This document shows, in pieces, positions 60,346 through 64,000 of a DNA stretch of 64,000 bases (position 1 is its first letter; each line of letters begins with the position of its first letter). Origin of the DNA: the human T2T-CHM13v2.0 reference genome, Homo sapiens; NCBI RefSeq assembly GCF_009914755.1, contig NC_060932.1. The stretch is one strand, 5' to 3'. Made by a program: the position numbers and the translations under genes. The notes beneath the pieces are model-generated. The model had not been told where the DNA came from. It saw nothing but the letters and a program-made list of their open reading frames with translations, and did not search any database.

Positions 60346-61379
60346 TAGGGCCAGGAACAGTGTCTCCTGCCTATGATCTGTGGATCACATGCCTCTAATT
60401 GGGTTTTAGTAATTTTTTTTTTTGCTTTTTCCTTTCCAAAAGTTGTAACTGAATTTGTGGGGAGACTTGAAACTTTCTAGGCCTTCACTGTTTTGTTTTG
60501 TTTTGTTTTTTATAAAAAGTATTGTTGCCTTTTACCGTAAATCTGAAATTGATCTCTCAAGCTAGGGCAGGGAAAGAATGTTGAGTAGGGGGAGCCACAC
60601 AGGACTGAGAACTATAAAACAGAGCAAATTACAGCCAAGAGAGCATGACCTGTAACTACTTGGTCATAGCTGCATTAAAGGGCAAATTCACATGTTCACA
60701 GAAAGTGCTTTCATCACTCAAAGGGGCACTTCTGAAAATGACAACTCGCTGGAAATGAGAATGAGGGAGGTGAGGCCGAGGTCATCTGCTACAGTTACCT
60801 GCTTACTCATTTTAGCTACAGTGGGAAATGCTGAGGTTTTCAAAACAAACAACCTTGTCTTTCCCTTTATATTTCTCTTTGGTCAACAACGAACTTTGCT
60901 TTGTATGTGTCAGGCATGAAGGAGAATGTTAACTCAAGATTAATCTACCTAAAATACTGAGACATCTGAGTGTGCTCTTGTTAACTACTTGCTCATTTTT
61001 GACAAAACAAAACACACAAACACATACACAGATACATACACATATACAAATACACAGAGTGTTCACAGCTGTGCTTTTTACTTCTGTCATCTGGGTGTGG
61101 TAGTTGGAAACTGCAGCATGAGGGAGAAGGGGAGAGGGGAACACGTATGGGGTTTACAATGCAGCATGTGTACAGCTTCATTGTAGACATTCAACCTCCT
61201 CCTTCTCAACATTTACTATCAAATGTCCTTCATTTACCTCCCTTCGGGGTACTTTGATAACACGCAAGTCCCAGACTGATCCCATCGCAACATTCTTCTC
61301 TTCCCATTATCTTCACTTCACTCTGTTCTTTTGGCTTTTCCTTCCCTTCGCAGGGGCAAAACACTAAAACAAACAAAAA

Positions 61380-61655
61380 CAGGAAGGAAGGAAGAAAGGA
61401 AAGAAGGAAGGAAGGGAGGGAGGGAGAAAAGAAGGGAGGGAGGAAGGAAGAGAGAAAGGGAGAGTGGGAGCAAAGAAAGAGAGGATGGAGGGAAGAAAAG
61501 AAAAAAGTCTGAGAGAGAGAAAGAAAGAAAAGAAAAAGGAGGGAGGGAGGAAGGAAAGAAAGGGAGAGAGAAAGAAAGAAAGAGAGAAAGAAAAAAGGAA
61601 GGAATGAAAGAAGGAAAGAAAAAGCTAGTAAGCATGCAGGAGAAAGAAAGGAAGT
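61380..61655. repeat. GA-rich polypurine low-complexity tract
   Basis: Nearly pure A/G (GGAA, GAAA, GAGA units); resumes at 62218-62265. Confidence 0.95.
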
Positions 61656-62217
61656 GAGAGGCCAAATAGATAGACAATGGCCAGATCATACATGAAAATA
61701 GAATTTTCACCCACAACCTACAGAAGTCAGAAATCTGCTAAGAAAACTCACCCCCATACCTACAACAACCAGCCCAAGAAGCCAGCCTGCTACAGGTCAG
61801 ACTTGTAGGAATCCAAAGTGCTATCTCTAATAACGATCCAGGAAGCTAAACAATAACTTCCAGAACAACAGACCCAAAATGGCCTGGGCTTGATTAATAG
61901 CTGACCCCTCCCTCAATTTTTATCCCTACTTCAAATTTAGGATCAACCAGGAAAAGCCAAATATTCCCCCCTAACTAATCCCATAGGATGCCTTTTATCT
62001 AGTCAGCCCACCCACAGGCTTCCCATGCCAACAGCCTCCAATATGGGCACACCTGAAGCCTTCCCTCCTTTCCACTATGAAGCTTCCCCATTCCTCTGCC
62101 TGCCTTTGAGTATCTGCCAAAATGCAAGTGATAGTGACTGACTTCCTTAGCTACAGCAAGCTCAGAATACATAGCCTTTGTTTGTTCTCATTTGGTTGAT
62201 CTTCATTTATTTCCACA
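61655..62217 (+). mobile_element. LTR-like element (family uncertain) inside the GA tract
   Basis: tgagagg ... ttccaca ends, LTR-like composition, GA tract continues on both sides. Confidence 0.55.
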
Positions 62218-62589
62218 GAAGAAAGGAAGAAAGAAAACAAGAAAGAGAAAGAAAAGAAAAAAAAATCTTATGGCTAATTGGTATCTTTGTACTCTGTTTC
62301 ATTTTCTACATATCCAATAAATAGTATTAATAATTTCTTGAGGGCATGGATTCTTATGTATGTACATACATATATTTGCATTCCCAGATATTCCTAGCTA
62401 AAGGTCATTAATATAGTAGATAATGAATAATACTTTATTAATTATTAATTACACTATGGTGTTTTGTTTCATTTAATAATTCTTTTGACTTACATATCAA
62501 AAGAACCTTATATGAATTTAATGCAACATCCATCTCAAATTGGGGAGCTAAATTGCACGAATATAAAATTGCATCTTATAAATGCATAA

Positions 62590-63120
62590 CTATGGGAGAC
62601 CATAATATGCCACCGCAAAATGTTCTTGAGCTGAAAACAATTAAGAAGATGCAGATGCTGGAAGCTCTCTGCCTTCCCTCTAACTACTTAAAATCAGAAT
62701 ATAAATTTATTTTCAAAAAAAAAAATTCCTGCCTCCCCTCTACCAGGGAGAATAAATGTTAACAACTTTAGACCCCTATCATGTGGAGATTATACCAGAG
62801 GAAGCTACATTAACCAGATTTACTAACCAGCTTTTATCTGCCAGTTATTTGCCTTCCCCCAAGTTCCACCCTCAGAGACTCGAAGTCCTTTTTCTTTTTT
62901 CTTGTCATTTCTCTAACCATTTACTGCTCTTTGTTGAAGATGCTGTATAAATAAGCTGAAATTCAAAGTCACCTCTTTGAGAACTTCTCGTTCCCTAGGT
63001 CTCTCCCATGTATATATGAAATATATGTGTTAATTGACTTCTTTTGGGTTTTTTTTCTTGTTAATCTGTCTTTTGTAACAGGAGTCCATTCCAACCAAGA
63101 ATCTATGGGATTATTCTTTC
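62590..63120 (+). mobile_element. ERV1 MER4-group LTR (MER34-like)
   Basis: ggagaccataatatgccaccgcaaaat ... ttgagctgaa ... tcttgttaatctgtcttttgtaacagga. Confidence 0.65.
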
Positions 63121-63342
63121 TTTAGCTAATCAGCAACCTTACAAGACTTCTGACTGCTGCTTGTTTCCCTACCACATTATGCTGTTTTTCATACTTAAAA
63201 CAAGTTCTGAATGTACATATAAATTATATTAATGCATGTATCTATCTCTCATATATATGTATCAATAAATTATTTTATAAATTTGGAAAAATTATACTCT
63301 TGTGTATACATTTGATATGGAAAGTAATATAGTGGATAGTAT

Positions 63343-64000
63343 TGTTATGAGGTCTTTGGGGTGTTGCTTTTCTGGCCAGAAACCTCTGTGGCCAATGGTG
63401 CCTTTGTCTGAGTTCTTATCCTTCGTTCAGGAAGAATGAGGTATGCAGACAAGTGGAGAGTGAGCAAGACAAAAAGGAGCTTTATTGAGAGTTACAACAG
63501 CTCAGAGGAGGCCCGCAGTGGGTAGTGGGTAGCTCCTCTCCATAGGCAGGTTGTCCGTTTGAGTGTTCAGCTCTCAGCAGAGAGGAGACCCTGGAGTGGG
63601 GGCCTCCCCTCCAGGCAGGTCATCCTGCAGAGTGTTTAGCTTTCAGAAGAGAGGGTAGCTCCTCTCTGCAGCTGGTCAACCCAACCGTCTGCAGCTTTCA
63701 GCAGAAAGGAAGCCCTGGAGAAGTCTGCTTTTCCCTGGCTGAGTCCTGGGATTTTCTTCCTTCAGAGGGAAGTACATGCTGATTAGTCCATGAGCAAACA
63801 TGAGTGGGCCAAGGATAAAGCACCATGAGTTCCTCCTCTGGTAGGCAGGACTGGAAGCCCAGCCCCCAGGCTTCAGGCCCTCCCTGGCCTGAAGGTGGGG
63901 CTTCACCACGGCAGCCCCCTTCCACCTAGGAGCCAGTCTTCTTCCCACAGCTTCATGGCACCCAGGCTGTTTGTGACAAGGGGAGCCTACAGGCTGCACC
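63343..64000 (-). mobile_element. MER52-family LTR (ERV1), runs off the window edge
   Basis: ggggtgttgcttttctggccagaaacctctgtggcc ... ccctggcctgaaggtggggcttcacc; internal repeated gggtagctcctctc...cagctctcagcagag units. Confidence 0.8.

Noticed and set aside
61318-61716. Overlapping K/E/R-rich and F/L/S-rich ORFs
   Set aside because: By-product of a stop-free GA low-complexity tract.
63520-63730. Imperfect tandem units of about 55-60 bp
   Set aside because: Explained as the internal repeat structure of MER52-family LTRs.

Overview
AT-rich primate (human-like) non-coding genomic DNA, intergenic or deep intronic, not prokaryotic. About half of the window is interspersed repeat: roughly 20 Alus, old L1/L2/MIR fragments, MaLR/ERVL/ERV1 LTRs, a solo HERV-H LTR7, and Tigger2a, MER2, MER5 and MADE1 DNA-transposon fossils. 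I find no intact protein-coding gene, RNA gene or CRISPR array; the listed ORFs are repeat-derived or chance, except one piece of a disabled RPL21 processed pseudogene (57452-58054). Structures not explained by known repeats: (1) a 112-bp, 110/112-identical inverted duplication at 34534-34934, with a fold-back hairpin and a 9-bp direct repeat at its junction, resembling a templated insertion; (2) a 3 x 91-bp tandem repeat at 8911-9183 whose units carry hairpins, with a compensatory double substitution in copy 3; (3) a candidate promoter/first exon at 41.6-42.1 kb (GC box, perfect ARE/MARE, TATA, strong splice donor) between two inverted AluY elements and next to LTR7. Repeat family names come from recognising consensus sequences by eye; subfamily calls and old-element boundaries are approximate. 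I cannot support a claim of a new biological system, only candidates to test.
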